Shown piece after piece: positions 26,509 to 36,732 of a stretch of 64,000 nt of DNA. Under the pieces are notes generated by a model, which saw only the letters and a list, made by a program, of their open reading frames with translations, searched no databases and was not told where the DNA came from. The stretch lies in assembly GCA_963594125.1 (NCBI GenBank), contig CAVBCV010000001.1, positions 746 to 64,745 of the forward strand. Reading direction: 5' to 3'. Made by a program: the position numbers and the translations under genes. How positions within the stretch are numbered: position 1 is the stretch's first letter; every line of letters begins with the position of its first letter. Source of the DNA: Lachnospiraceae bacterium. Its GTDB lineage: Bacteria; Pseudomonadota; Alphaproteobacteria; RF32; CAG-239.

Positions 26509-27258
26509 TTATTCGCCTGCCATTTCAGCTTTTAAGGTGCTGTCATCAATTTCACGCGATAAAATGGTTGAAAATTCAGCAATAAAGTTTTCAAGCCGTT
26601 TAGCATAGCGGTCAACATCGGTAGTAATCATGTTGTAGGTAACCACCGCCGGAATTGCGGCGATTAAGCCGAAAGCAGTGGTAAACAAAGCTTCGGCAAT
26701 ACCGGGAGCCATAGCGGAAAGCGAGTTGCTTTGGGTGGCGGCAATGGCGTTAAAGCTGTTAATAATGCCCCAAACCGTGCCGAACAAGCCGACAAGCGGA
26801 GCAACGGAACCGGTTGAAGCCAAAAAGCCCAAGCGATTGTCCATATCGTCAAGCTCTTTATCCATTGCCACCATCATGGCTTTTTCAACACGCTGTTGAA
26901 GCGATGCGCCGCGCAAGCCGCGGTCAGTTTTAGACTTCATGATATTGGAGCGGCGCCATTCCTTCATGGCAGCCATAAACATTGCCGACATCGGGTCGCG
27001 CGGGTGGTTGCCGATGGCGTCATACAAGCGGTCAAGCGAGCCGCCCGACCAAAAAGCCTCTTCAAACTTCTTAGTATTGCGTTTTACCTGCCGCAAAGTG
27101 GCAAATTTTTCAAAAATGATTGTCCACGACCAAACTGAGGCGGCAATTAAGCCAATCATCACAACTTTGGTAACCGTGTCGGAAGCCCACACCAAATCCC
27201 ACATAGACATTTGATTCGCCGCGGTGTTGACGGCATCAGAAAGCGCTTGTGTTTCCAT
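26509..27258 (-). CDS. tolQ: TolQ/ExbB (MotA/TolQ/ExbB proton-channel family), 249 aa.
   Basis: Three TM helices and the conserved LGLFGTVWGII and AIAATQS regions. Confidence 0.8.
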   Translation of the reverse strand: METQALSDAVNTAANQMSMWDLVWASDTVTKVVMIGLIAASVWSWTIIFEKFATLRQVKRNTKKFEEAFWSGGSLDRLYDAIGNHPRDPMSAMFMAAMKEWRRSNIMKSKTDRGLRGASLQQRVEKAMMVAMDKELDDMDNRLGFLASTGSVAPLVGLFGTVWGIINSFNAIAATQSNSLSAMAPGIAEALFTTAFGLIAAIPAVVTYNMITTDVDRYAKRLENFIAEFSTILSREIDDSTLKAEMAGE

Positions 27259-27340
27259 TTTTTAACCCTTTTATTGATTTAAATGACATAATTGTGATTG
27301 TTATTACCACAAAATGTTAAATTTTCAATTAATTATCGGG

Positions 27341-27383
27341 CTAAAAAAAAGCACCGTGCCGTTTATAAATAAACAAACACGGT
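27341..27383 (-). terminator. Intrinsic terminator for the minus-strand small membrane protein gene. The hairpin gcaccgtg...cacggtgc is followed by T8 on the minus strand.
   Basis: On the + strand the sequence reads ctaaaaaaaagcaccgtgccg...acacggtgc. The reverse complement gives an 8-bp stem followed by tttttttt directly after the stop codon at 27392. Confidence 0.6.
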
Positions 27384-27391
27384 GCAATCTC

Positions 27392-27676
27392 TTACCTTCT
27401 TGTGATAAAATTCTTAATACTAAGAACTATCTCACAAGCTGTCCCTATCATAAGACCGAGTATAAAACTGTGAATCCCAAAGATTTTTACATCTTGAAAA
27501 TTCCCAATCATATACCCGAATCCCATAATGAGGAACAATATTAGACCAAGGGCGACTCCGGGGATTATAAAACTCAATAGCCATGCTAAAAAGTTTTCAA
27601 TACCTCCCCAGAGTTTGCTGATTAAAGCTCCCAACATGCCAACGATGGCAGCAATCAGCAGAAAATTCAGTACCAT
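27392..27676 (-). CDS. Small hydrophobic membrane protein of 94 aa. Function unknown.
   Basis: Three predicted TM helices and a terminator directly downstream. Confidence 0.4.
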   Translation of the reverse strand: MVLNFLLIAAIVGMLGALISKLWGGIENFLAWLLSFIIPGVALGLILFLIMGFGYMIGNFQDVKIFGIHSFILGLMIGTACEIVLSIKNFITRR

Positions 27677-27822
27677 ATTCCCAATTTTATTGATTTCAGT
27701 TCAGAAAAGGAAAAATTTTTATCAGAGGTAAGGACCAACAAAACAAAAACCCACGCACAATTCCCTACAAAAAAATATTTTTCCATACTCTTAATGTAGC
27801 ATTACACATTGGTTTTGTAAAG

Positions 27823-28509
27823 TTATTTCATCCATTGAATAGCGTCAGCGCATTGGCGTTGACTCATGCCTTTAATACGGCAGCGGTTAACAATAATGTT
27901 GGGCGCGGTATCCATGCTGTAACAGCCGTTGCCGATTAAGGAATAGTCAAAATAGGTGGCAACATTGGGCATTACATCATCAAACGCAAGCGCCGTTTCC
28001 ATTTTAGGCCACTTGAGCCGGAAACTTAAATTGGTTAACTTTTCTGACGCGGTAGAACGCACGTAAAAACGCATTGAACAGTTGGTTTTGCCGGTCAAAG
28101 TGCGTGAAATTTTGAAGTTACGCATGTAAATTAAGATTTTAGGCTTATCGTCTATTACAACATCATTACCAACGAACCTGATTTGCACCACGCTTTTATC
28201 CTGATTCCAATCAGCCGGCTGCTGGTCATCAGTTTCATCATCATCGTCATCTTCATCAACAACAGGGGATAAAATGTTGTTTACTGACGGAAGCGGAGCC
28301 GCAGCGCTTGGCTGCTGCCCGCGAATCGCCGGACTTGGCTGTGTTGCCGGTCGCGCAGGGGCGGCAAGCGGATTATTTTGCTGACTGTTTCCGCCGGAGC
28401 CGAAAATTTGCGCTTCAGCCGCGGCGGCAAAAAGGCTTGCAAGCCCGACAACCGCGAATCCGTATAAGACCGCGGATTTTATTTTTTTAGCAAAATATTT
28501 GTCAGGCAT
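27823..28509 (-). CDS. Secreted hypothetical protein of 228 aa, paralogous to the adjacent gene.
   Basis: Signal peptide AVLYGFAVVGLASLFAAAAEA. The C-terminal domain (..KTNCSMRFYVRST..LSFRLKWPKME) resembles that of the neighbour (..TNCDFLVTFYNRTT..AKIEMGWTD). Confidence 0.5.
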   Translation of the reverse strand: MPDKYFAKKIKSAVLYGFAVVGLASLFAAAAEAQIFGSGGNSQQNNPLAAPARPATQPSPAIRGQQPSAAAPLPSVNNILSPVVDEDDDDDETDDQQPADWNQDKSVVQIRFVGNDVVIDDKPKILIYMRNFKISRTLTGKTNCSMRFYVRSTASEKLTNLSFRLKWPKMETALAFDDVMPNVATYFDYSLIGNGCYSMDTAPNIIVNRCRIKGMSQRQCADAIQWMK

Positions 28510-28521
28510 TGCGCTTTCCTT

Positions 28522-29283
28522 TTATTTAATTTCAGCAATCAGGCTGTTAACTTTTTCAAAATTCTTGACGATTTTATCATAAGATTCTTCCATCTCGGTA
28601 ATATCTTGAGCTTTTTCATTGGCAAGCAAGCGTTCTTGCTCAGAGTATGAAATGTTTTTGAACTCATTGTAATATTCCGGATTTTTAGAATCTACGTACT
28701 GGAACAAGTTGGCGCATTCACCGGTGCTGCGGCTTGAAGCCACTCTGTTACGGCGAGCATCGGCAGAGTTGTTATCACCTTTACCGATAATGCTGCATGA
28801 GGTTACATTGTAATTAAGGCTGTCAAGCAACATAAAGCATTTTTCGGTTTTTACTGAGCCTCTGACAGTTGCCTGCTTGTGCGAACCAAGCGCCGGCATT
28901 TCAACAGTGGTGGTAACAGCGCCTAAGCTTTGCTGCGCATTGCGGGAATCGCGAACCGAGCGAGCCGGAGTTTTTTCATCAGCGGGCTTGGCATCTTCGC
29001 CGATAGCGTAACGCTCACTGATTTTATCGGTCCAACCCATTTCAATTTTGGCTTGACGCATACTGTCAGTAGTGCGGTTATAAAAAGTTACCAAAAAATC
29101 ACAGTTGGTAATGTCGCCTTCGGTATTTTCAACCGGTTTAATTTCATGAATCTTAAACAAAACGGCTCTGGGTTTGGTGGTTTCTTCTGCCGGAACATTG
29201 TTTTCAGGAGCTGCGGCGGCAAAAGCGGAGGCGCAAACACCCATACTTAACGCGGAAAAGAAAATATTTTTGAACATGTTCAT
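28522..29283 (-). CDS. Secreted hypothetical protein of 253 aa, paralogous to the adjacent gene.
   Basis: Signal peptide MNMFKNIFFSALSMGVCASAFAAAA and the shared domain noted for the neighbouring gene. Confidence 0.5.
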   Translation of the reverse strand: MNMFKNIFFSALSMGVCASAFAAAAPENNVPAEETTKPRAVLFKIHEIKPVENTEGDITNCDFLVTFYNRTTDSMRQAKIEMGWTDKISERYAIGEDAKPADEKTPARSVRDSRNAQQSLGAVTTTVEMPALGSHKQATVRGSVKTEKCFMLLDSLNYNVTSCSIIGKGDNNSADARRNRVASSRSTGECANLFQYVDSKNPEYYNEFKNISYSEQERLLANEKAQDITEMEESYDKIVKNFEKVNSLIAEIK

Positions 29284-29336
29284 TATGTATCCCCTTAAAT
29301 ATATTTAGTTTTGTTGTCACTATATGCTGATTTTAT

Positions 29337-30158
29337 TTAATTTTCCTTTAATTTTTTTAATATACGCAAAAAATCAGCCCACGCTTTTGCTTTTTGCGCG
29401 GAATTACGCAGCAAAAACGCCGGATGGAAGCTGGCTAAAGCCTGCACAACAGTTTTATCAGGCAATTTATATTCATACCATTTGCCCCGCATTTTTGAAA
29501 TAGGCTCGGCATTGTCCAAAACCGCATTAGCCGCACTGCCGCCAAGCAACAACAACACTTGCGGTTTAATTAATTCTATTTGTCTTTTCAAAAACGGCAG
29601 GCAAACGGCAACTTCGCCATCGGTCGGGGTACGGTTCCCGGGCGGACGCCATGGCAATATGTTAGTAATGTAAACGCTTTCACGGTTAACGCCGATGGCG
29701 GCAAGCATTTTATCAAGCAAATGCCCGCTGCGACCTACAAACGGAAGCCCTAACCTATCTTCATCAGCGCCGGGGGCTTCACCGACAATTAAAATTTCAG
29801 CCTGAGGATTGCCGCTGCCGAAAACCGTTGACTTGGCATTAAATTTAAGCGCACAGCCCTCAAAATTGTTTACCAACTGTTTTAACTCATCCAATGAGGT
29901 TGCTTTTTCACACAATTCGCGGGCATTTTTGCAAGCGGCAACAGAAGTTTGCGCCAATGCGCTGATAGCAGGGCGAGCCGGAGCCGCGCTCGGCGCCACT
30001 GCGGCAACAGCCGCCGGTTGCGGTTTGCTCATAAGCGATGGTTCAGCGCCGCAACTTTCCGTTACGCCGCAATCAGTATACCAATTAAGCACGCTTGTTA
30101 TGTCAAAATTTTGTTCCATGGCATAAATTATATTGCGCAAATACTTTTTTTGCAACAT
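29337..30158 (-). CDS. udg: Uracil-DNA glycosylase family 4 protein with an N-terminal extension of about 100 aa, 273 aa.
   Basis: The motif [30 protein letters not shown] (GEAPG, FVGRSG) and a C-terminal HPA/HPS region. Confidence 0.75.
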   Translation of the reverse strand: MLQKKYLRNIIYAMEQNFDITSVLNWYTDCGVTESCGAEPSLMSKPQPAAVAAVAPSAAPARPAISALAQTSVAACKNARELCEKATSLDELKQLVNNFEGCALKFNAKSTVFGSGNPQAEILIVGEAPGADEDRLGLPFVGRSGHLLDKMLAAIGVNRESVYITNILPWRPPGNRTPTDGEVAVCLPFLKRQIELIKPQVLLLLGGSAANAVLDNAEPISKMRGKWYEYKLPDKTVVQALASFHPAFLLRNSAQKAKAWADFLRILKKLKEN

Positions 30159-30244
30159 AAAGCAATTATTTACACATATAAATATATAATTTTCATTGAA
30201 CGCTGCGGCGTTTTCGGTATAAAATGCAAGAAAAACTTTAAAAG

Positions 30245-32038
30245 ATGTTACATGTAATGAAATTTGGATATATTGCAGCCCTTGTTATCAGCGTGGGCGT
30301 TTTTAATTCCTGCTCAGGGGCTTTTATGAATAAAAAAGCTCCGGAACAGCCCGTGGTTTATTCGGTTCCGCATTTAAAAACCGCTTACGGAGCCTATCTG
30401 GCGGCGCGGGTAGCGCATTTGCGGCAAGATTTAAATGTGGCGGCTGATTATTACATAAAATCAGTGCAGCTCGGCGCAGACAAACCGGAAATTATCGGGC
30501 AAACTTATGTTTTACTCACCTCAGAAGGCAGAATCGGCGAGGCGGCGCAATATGCCAAAGAATCGCTCAAAAAAGGCGATAAGAGCAACTTTATTTATTT
30601 TGTAATTATGACTGACGAATTGCAAAAAAATAATTACGAGCAAGCTTTAGCCGCCTTAAACAATATTCATGATAAAGTTTACAAAAAATCAATAATTCCG
30701 CTGTTTTCAGCTTGGATTTATGCGGCAGAAGACAATAAAGAGCAAGCTCTTAAAGAGTTAACAACCTTAAAAAAAGATAAATCGCTGCTCTCATTATATT
30801 ATATGCACAGCGGCATGATTAACGATTATTTTAATGACGTTCCGGCGGCAGAGGCTGCGTTCGGCACCGTGGTGCAAGATGAAGATTTAGAACTTTCATA
30901 CCGCTCAATGCAAATTATCAGTAATTTTTACATTCGCGCCGATAAAAAAGATGAAGCCGTTGCGCTGGTTAAAAAATATTATGATAAAAATCCGCAGGCT
31001 AAAATGATGGAATCGCTTTATCAGCAGGTAATATCGGCCGATAAAGACAGCATTGCAAAAATCATGGACACTCCGCAAAAAGGCGAAGCAGAAGCTATTT
31101 TTAATGTCGGCACGGTGTTTAGAGGCTATCAGGCTGATATTTCGCAAGTATTTACCGCATTGGCGCTGTATCTTAACCCGCAACATGACGTGGCGTTGGT
31201 TTCAATGGCCGATTTATTGGAACGCAATCAGCGTTTTGGCGAGGCAATTAAAAAATATGAGCAAATCAATCCACATTCGCCTATTTATTTTATGGGGCAG
31301 CTGAAAATTGCCGGAATTTATATGGATAGGCAGCTTCATGAACAGGCTCTGAGCAAGTTACAGTCTTTACAAAAACAATATCCCGATAATTATCAGGTTT
31401 TGTTCAATTTAGCGGAGCTTTACCGCATTACCGGACAACAAGAAAAAGCGATTGAGCTTTATAAAAAAGCGCTGAAAAACAAACCGCAATCGGCTGAAAA
31501 CGACTGGACTGTTTATTATGCGCTAGGTATGGCGTATCAGCAAAACGGCGAGTTGAATAACGCCGAAGAAGCTTTGCAAACCGCTTTAAAAATCAGCCAT
31601 CGCCATCCGTTTGTGCTTAATTACTTGGGATACAGCTGGCTTGAGCATAACAAAAATATTAACGAGGCGTTGTTCATGATTTTTGAGGCGTATCGCCAAA
31701 GCCCTGAAGACGGGCATATTATGGACAGCTTAGGTTGGGCGCTGTACCGCATGGGTAAATATGACGACAGCGTAAAAATTTTGGAACGCGCCGCTGAATA
31801 TTTACCGGCCAATGCCATTATTTGCGACCATTTAGGCGATGCGTATTGGCAGGTCGGGCGCAAAGCGGAAGCTAAATTTCAGTGGAAACACGCTTTAAGC
31901 TTAAAAGAAGATTCTGAAAACTTAAACAAAGACGCCATTAAAACTAAAATCAGCGATGGAGTTTCTGCTCCGGTTATGCTTAACTTTAATGAGCCGTTGT
32001 TGGTGGAGCGTATTAAAACTTTAAATCTGACGGATTAG
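30245..32038 (+). CDS. Secreted or lipoprotein tetratricopeptide-repeat protein, 597 aa.
   Basis: N-terminal signal VISVGVFNSCSG and multiple TPR-like repeats such as ALGMAYQQNGELNNAEEALQTALKI. Confidence 0.65.
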   Translation: MLHVMKFGYIAALVISVGVFNSCSGAFMNKKAPEQPVVYSVPHLKTAYGAYLAARVAHLRQDLNVAADYYIKSVQLGADKPEIIGQTYVLLTSEGRIGEAAQYAKESLKKGDKSNFIYFVIMTDELQKNNYEQALAALNNIHDKVYKKSIIPLFSAWIYAAEDNKEQALKELTTLKKDKSLLSLYYMHSGMINDYFNDVPAAEAAFGTVVQDEDLELSYRSMQIISNFYIRADKKDEAVALVKKYYDKNPQAKMMESLYQQVISADKDSIAKIMDTPQKGEAEAIFNVGTVFRGYQADISQVFTALALYLNPQHDVALVSMADLLERNQRFGEAIKKYEQINPHSPIYFMGQLKIAGIYMDRQLHEQALSKLQSLQKQYPDNYQVLFNLAELYRITGQQEKAIELYKKALKNKPQSAENDWTVYYALGMAYQQNGELNNAEEALQTALKISHRHPFVLNYLGYSWLEHNKNINEALFMIFEAYRQSPEDGHIMDSLGWALYRMGKYDDSVKILERAAEYLPANAIICDHLGDAYWQVGRKAEAKFQWKHALSLKEDSENLNKDAIKTKISDGVSAPVMLNFNEPLLVERIKTLNLTD

Positions 32039-32086
32039 GTATATTTTCGGGACAAACCCCGCAATGTTATAATTGCGGGGTTCTTT

Positions 32087-32836
32087 TTATTCGGCAGGTT
32101 CAGAATCTTCAACATTTTCAATTAAAGTGTCTAGGGTGTCGGCTTCATTTTCTTTGTAGCCTTTAAAATCTTCCGTCTGTTCTTTTACGGCATCAGTTGT
32201 TTTTTCAATTTGCGGCTGAGCAAGCTTTTGGAATAAGGCATCAATTTCTTTTTGCGAATCTTCTTCCTCTTTGGCGGCTTTTTCATCTTTTTCTTTCTTT
32301 TTATCCTTTTCGCCAAGACCGACTTCTGAGCCTTTGTCACGAATTAAGTCTTTAGTTGATTCAGGAATTAAGCTTTCAAGCGGCTCGGCAAACTTGCCGG
32401 CTAAAGTAAAATAGCGCGACTCCTTAAACATACCGCTTTTAGATTCTTCGGGCAGCATCCAAGTGATAATAATATTAAATAAAATCACCAACAGGCAGGC
32501 TCTGAGCACACCAAAAAGCAAACCCAACACTCTATCAAGCGAGCTTAATTTGCTGGAGCGCACTTTGCCTATCATTTTATCAGTGCTCAACAGCCAGATA
32601 ATGTAAAAAATTATTAAAATCAGCAATGCGGTAACAATGCCCGCCATCATGGAACTGGCTATATAATATTTGGCAACCGGAGTTAATATCGGCAGCAGAT
32701 AAAACACCACTATCGCCGCCAAAATCCAGCCGATAATGGAGAGTACCTCTTTAACCAATCCGCGATACAAGGCTATTAATGCAGATACTGCGGTGATGAT
32801 TAAAATTACAACGTCTAAATTATTTAACTGCTGCAT
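32087..32836 (-). CDS. cvpA: CvpA-family (colicin V production) membrane protein with a charged C-terminal tail, 249 aa.
   Basis: Four N-terminal TM helices with the CvpA-like start DVVILIITAVSALIALYRG, and a K/E-rich C-terminus. Confidence 0.55.
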   Translation of the reverse strand: MQQLNNLDVVILIITAVSALIALYRGLVKEVLSIIGWILAAIVVFYLLPILTPVAKYYIASSMMAGIVTALLILIIFYIIWLLSTDKMIGKVRSSKLSSLDRVLGLLFGVLRACLLVILFNIIITWMLPEESKSGMFKESRYFTLAGKFAEPLESLIPESTKDLIRDKGSEVGLGEKDKKKEKDEKAAKEEEDSQKEIDALFQKLAQPQIEKTTDAVKEQTEDFKGYKENEADTLDTLIENVEDSEPAE

Positions 32837-32845
32837 ATTAAATCC

Positions 32846-34213
32846 TTAATTAAACCAATTTATAAGCCGATGAACATTGCCGATTTCATAACAAGACATA
32901 TCGGTATTTTTCTTTTCTTTGCCGTAGCTAGGTGGCACAATGGCATTATTAAAACCAAGTTTGCAGGCTTCTTTTAAGCGCAAATTAGGCTGACTTACTG
33001 CTCTGATTTCTCCGGAGAGTCCGATTTCGCCGAAAATTACCATATCAGACGGCAGCGGTTTATTGGTTAAAGATGAAATTACCGCCATTGCCACTGCTAA
33101 ATCAGCCGCCGGTTCAGATATTTTTAAGCCGCCCGCGATATTTAAATAAACATCTTGAGCGCTAAAGTTCATACCGCAACGAGCTTCCAAAACCGCTAGA
33201 ATCATTGCCAAACGGTTTGAGTCCCAACCGACCACCGCTCGTTTGGGGCTTGAATAGCCGCTCGGGCTGACCAAAGCCTGAATTTCAACCAAAACCGGAC
33301 GCGAACCTTCAATACCGGCAAAAACGCAAGAGCCTGAAACATTACCCTGACGCTCTGCCAAAAACAGCGCCGACGGGTTTTCAACTTCAACCAAGCCTTT
33401 ATCCTGCATTTCAAAAACGCCGATTTCATCAGTGGCGCCGTAACGATTTTTAACTGCGCGCAAAATGCGGAAATGATGCCCGCGCTCGCCTTCAAAATAA
33501 AGCACTGTGTCAACCATGTGTTCCAAAACACGCGGACCGGCAATGGCGCCTTGTTTGGTGACATGCCCGACTAAAAACAGCACAAATCCTTTGCGCTTGG
33601 CAAGCTTAATCAGTTCATAAGCGCAAGCCCTTACCTGCGCAACGCTTCCGGGGGTTGATTCCACATTTTCAAGATACATGGTTTGAATAGAATCAATAAT
33701 TACAACTGACGGATTGGCTTTATCTAAGGTTGCCACAATATCTTTTACTTCCGTTGTGCTGGCAAGCTTTACCGGTGATGAGGCTAGCCCCAAACGTTGC
33801 GCTCTGATACGAACCTGATCAATCGCCTCCTCACCCGAGATATAAAAACACTCATATTCAGGCGATAAATTGGCAACTCCGGCGCATACTTGCAACAGCA
33901 AAGTTGATTTGCCAATTCCGGGGTCGCCGCCAACTAAAATAGCGGAACCGGGGACAAGCCCACCGCCGGTTACGCGGTCAATTTCTTTGATGTTGGTAGC
34001 CAAACGTTTAAAAGTTTGAGCAGAGCCGCTTAACGGAACAAATTCAATCATTTCACCTTTTTTTTGAGGCGGCAAAATTGAAAAACCTCCGCCCTGAACT
34101 TTTTCCTCTTCAATGGTGTTCCATTCGCCGCAGGCATCACATTTTCCCTGCCACTTGGGATAAACGGCGCCGCAATTTTGACAAACATATTCGGTTACGC
34201 TCTTTTTTGCCAT
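32846..34213 (-). CDS. radA: DNA repair protein RadA (Sms), 455 aa.
   Basis: N-terminal C4 zinc finger CQNCG...CDACG, RecA-like Walker A GDPGIGKST, the KNRYG motif, and a C-terminal Lon-protease-like domain. Confidence 0.9.
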   Translation of the reverse strand: MAKKSVTEYVCQNCGAVYPKWQGKCDACGEWNTIEEEKVQGGGFSILPPQKKGEMIEFVPLSGSAQTFKRLATNIKEIDRVTGGGLVPGSAILVGGDPGIGKSTLLLQVCAGVANLSPEYECFYISGEEAIDQVRIRAQRLGLASSPVKLASTTEVKDIVATLDKANPSVVIIDSIQTMYLENVESTPGSVAQVRACAYELIKLAKRKGFVLFLVGHVTKQGAIAGPRVLEHMVDTVLYFEGERGHHFRILRAVKNRYGATDEIGVFEMQDKGLVEVENPSALFLAERQGNVSGSCVFAGIEGSRPVLVEIQALVSPSGYSSPKRAVVGWDSNRLAMILAVLEARCGMNFSAQDVYLNIAGGLKISEPAADLAVAMAVISSLTNKPLPSDMVIFGEIGLSGEIRAVSQPNLRLKEACKLGFNNAIVPPSYGKEKKNTDMSCYEIGNVHRLINWFN

Positions 34214-34215
34214 GG

Positions 34216-34980
34216 CTATATTTCCACTTTTATCGGACCTTGCGAACAGCCGTTAATAAACTGCTGAACGTACGGGTCTTCAGTTTTATCCATTTCTTTA
34301 ACCGTACCCTGCCAAATAATTTTGCCTTTATAAAGCATGGCGACACGGTCGGCAATTTTACGAACCGATGCCATATCGTGGGTAATGGTTAAAGTTGTTG
34401 CGCCCAATCCTTTGGCAGATTCAACAATCAAGTCATTAATTACATCGGCCATAATCGGGTCTAAGCCGGTTGTCGGCTCATCAAAAAATATTATCTCCGG
34501 ATTGGTGATAATGGCGCGCGCCAAACCAACGCGTTTTTGCATACCACCGGAAAGTTCTGAGGGTGATAAATCAGCCACATCAGGAGCAAGACCAACCTGC
34601 CGCAGCACTCTTATAGCCTCAACTTTGGCTTTTTCACGGTTGACTTTTTGGTTTTCAAGCAATGAAAACGCAACATTTTCCCAAACCAACAGACTGTCAA
34701 ACAAAGCACCGCCTTGAAAAAGCATGCCCATCTTGCTATGAAAATTGCGTTGCTCAGAGCCGCGGGCACCAACCACCTCAGTGCCGTTAATTTTAATTGA
34801 ACCGGTATCAGGCGTTAAAAGCCCCTGAATACATTTAATTAAAACCGATTTGCCGGTACCTGAACCGCCGATAACCACTAAGGATTCTCCGGCATAAACA
34901 TCTAAGTCAACACCGGATAAAACTTGTTTTTTACCGAATGACTTTCGCAAATTACGAATTGAGATTTTAACTTTTTCCAT
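34216..34980 (-). CDS. mlaF: ABC transporter ATP-binding protein of the Mla (phospholipid transport) type, 254 aa.
   Basis: Walker A GGSGTGKS, signature LSGGMQKRVGLARA and Walker B IIFFDEPTTGLD. It is adjacent to an MlaE-like permease. Confidence 0.8.
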   Translation of the reverse strand: MEKVKISIRNLRKSFGKKQVLSGVDLDVYAGESLVVIGGSGTGKSVLIKCIQGLLTPDTGSIKINGTEVVGARGSEQRNFHSKMGMLFQGGALFDSLLVWENVAFSLLENQKVNREKAKVEAIRVLRQVGLAPDVADLSPSELSGGMQKRVGLARAIITNPEIIFFDEPTTGLDPIMADVINDLIVESAKGLGATTLTITHDMASVRKIADRVAMLYKGKIIWQGTVKEMDKTEDPYVQQFINGCSQGPIKVEI

Positions 34981-34990
34981 TTTACGCCTC

Positions 34991-35782
34991 TTATTTTGAG
35001 AAGAACACTTCGGTTAAAACATAGTTGAAAATTAAGATTAAAATTGAGGCCGAAACCACTGCATTGGTTGTTGCCTGACCAACTCCCTGCGCGCCGCCTT
35101 TAGAACGATAGCCGTTATAGCAGCCCATTAAAGCAACAATAAAACCAAACACTCCGGCTTTAACCAAACCGGAAATAATATCTATCGCCTCCATATTCTG
35201 CAAAGTGGAGTTAATATAGTTGGCAGGGTTAAAGCCAAGTTTGTAAACACCGACCACGTATCCGCCGAAAATACCGATAACATCACCGATTAAGACCAAA
35301 ATAGGCAGAACAATTACGCCTGACCACAAGCGCGGCGCAACCAAATATTTAAATGGGTTGGTGGAAAGAGTAACCAGCGCGTCAATCTGCTCTGTTACCC
35401 GCATTGTGCCGATTTCTGCCGCCATCGCCGCTCCGATACGTCCGGCAACCATTAAAGCTGACAGCACCGGCGCCAACTCGCGGGTTACGGAAATTAAAAC
35501 CACAGAGGCAACCGCGCTTTCAGCCCCAAAGCGGGCAAAGCCGGAATAACTTTGCAAAGCGATTACCATACCGGCAAAAATAGTGGTAAGACCAACCACC
35601 GGCAACGAATAAAAACCCATATCCATTAACTGCCGCATAAAGTTTTTGGGATAAAACGGCGGCGTAAAGCAATGATATAACGATTTTATAATAAACAGCG
35701 AGAGTTCGCCCAAGCCGATAATAAATTTAACCAACGGCTTTCCAAGCGTTCTTAAAAATCTTTCTACTTGTTTTCTTTTCAT
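34991..35782 (-). CDS. mlaE: ABC transporter permease MlaE (YrbE family), 263 aa.
   Basis: Five TM helices with the MlaE-like conserved GAESAVASVVLISVTRELAPVLSALM region. Confidence 0.8.
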   Translation of the reverse strand: MKRKQVERFLRTLGKPLVKFIIGLGELSLFIIKSLYHCFTPPFYPKNFMRQLMDMGFYSLPVVGLTTIFAGMVIALQSYSGFARFGAESAVASVVLISVTRELAPVLSALMVAGRIGAAMAAEIGTMRVTEQIDALVTLSTNPFKYLVAPRLWSGVIVLPILVLIGDVIGIFGGYVVGVYKLGFNPANYINSTLQNMEAIDIISGLVKAGVFGFIVALMGCYNGYRSKGGAQGVGQATTNAVVSASILILIFNYVLTEVFFSK

Positions 35783-35824
35783 GGCGTATCCTTAAATAAC
35801 TGCATTTATTTTAAGTTTTTTTCA

Positions 35825-36265
35825 TCAAAAAGCAACAACCGCGTTTAACTTTATAACAACCTTGTCAGCCGCGGAAGCTTCAAACGGATAAAGTTTTAAC
35901 AGCGGAACAGTGTGATTTAAAATTTGATATTGAAAATTTTCGGGCATGCGCTCCACCTCATTTGCATTTGCAACTAATTCCACCGCTAATTTTAGCTCAG
36001 CATTTTCAGCAAACGGCATTTTTACAATTCCAACGCCTCTGACCTCAAGCAACCCTCTGATATTTTCAGGCGCAGAAGCGTATATTTTGCCATTTTTTTC
36101 TAAAACATCGGCGCGGTCATCAGCAACTAACATTGCGCCTTTATTCATAATCAGCCTTAGCGCTAAATCAGATTTTCCGCTGCCGGAAGCGCCGAGCAAT
36201 AAAACTCCGGCATTATTTAAGCTTACGCAGGTTGCGTGTATGTTAGTTGTCGTTAAGCTGTTCAT
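35825..36265 (-). CDS. hprK: Truncated HPr kinase/phosphorylase homolog with only the C-terminal kinase domain (the alphaproteobacterial type), about 146 aa.
   Basis: The region IHATCVSLNNAGVLLLGASGSGKSDLALRLI carries the HprK P-loop. The preferred start MNSLTTT at 36265 overlaps the end of tsaE by 23 nt. Confidence 0.6.
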   Translation of the reverse strand: MNSLTTTNIHATCVSLNNAGVLLLGASGSGKSDLALRLIMNKGAMLVADDRADVLEKNGKIYASAPENIRGLLEVRGVGIVKMPFAENAELKLAVELVANANEVERMPENFQYQILNHTVPLLKLYPFEASAADKVVIKLNAVVAF

Positions 36266-36731
36266 CGGCGCGTCTTTCCATAGCTTGCAAGCGCTCGCTT
36301 TTATCTTTTGAATTAACCGTGATGGCAATTTTTCGCCCGCCGTCAGGCATAGCCGCAATATTTACCTTAAAAATATTTTTAGGAAGATACGCTCCCATTT
36401 TTTCAGGCCATTCAATTAAGCAAACGCCGGTATAAACCGCCTCTTCAATGTTAAGTTCCCAAATTTCTTCCGGCGACTTTAAGCGATATAAATCGTAATG
36501 ATAAATTTCAAACTCCGGTGCCGAATAGGTTTGCACCAAAGTAAACGTAGGGCTCGGAACTTCAGAGGCGGCGGTTAATTTTTTAACAAAAGCGCGGGAA
36601 AGCACGCTTTTACCCATACCCAAAGTGCCAAATAACGCCCAAACATCGCCAACGCGTGAAATTTCAGCTAAAGAACGAGCTAAATTTTCAGTATCTGGTT
36701 CGGTTTTGCAATTATAAACAAAAGTGGTCAT
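36243..36731 (-). CDS. tsaE: tRNA threonylcarbamoyladenosine biosynthesis protein TsaE (YjeE), 162 aa.
   Basis: P-loop GTLGMGKSVLSRAF and the conserved YHYDLYRL motif. Confidence 0.8.
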   Translation of the reverse strand: MTTFVYNCKTEPDTENLARSLAEISRVGDVWALFGTLGMGKSVLSRAFVKKLTAASEVPSPTFTLVQTYSAPEFEIYHYDLYRLKSPEEIWELNIEEAVYTGVCLIEWPEKMGAYLPKNIFKVNIAAMPDGGRKIAITVNSKDKSERLQAMERRADEQLNDN

Positions 36732-36732
36732 T

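Noticed and set aside
36266-36358. Longer start for the truncated hprK, giving a 93-bp overlap with tsaE
   Set aside because: Alphaproteobacterial short HprK proteins begin just before IHATxV. The internal Met at 36265 gives that N-terminus with only a 23-nt overlap.
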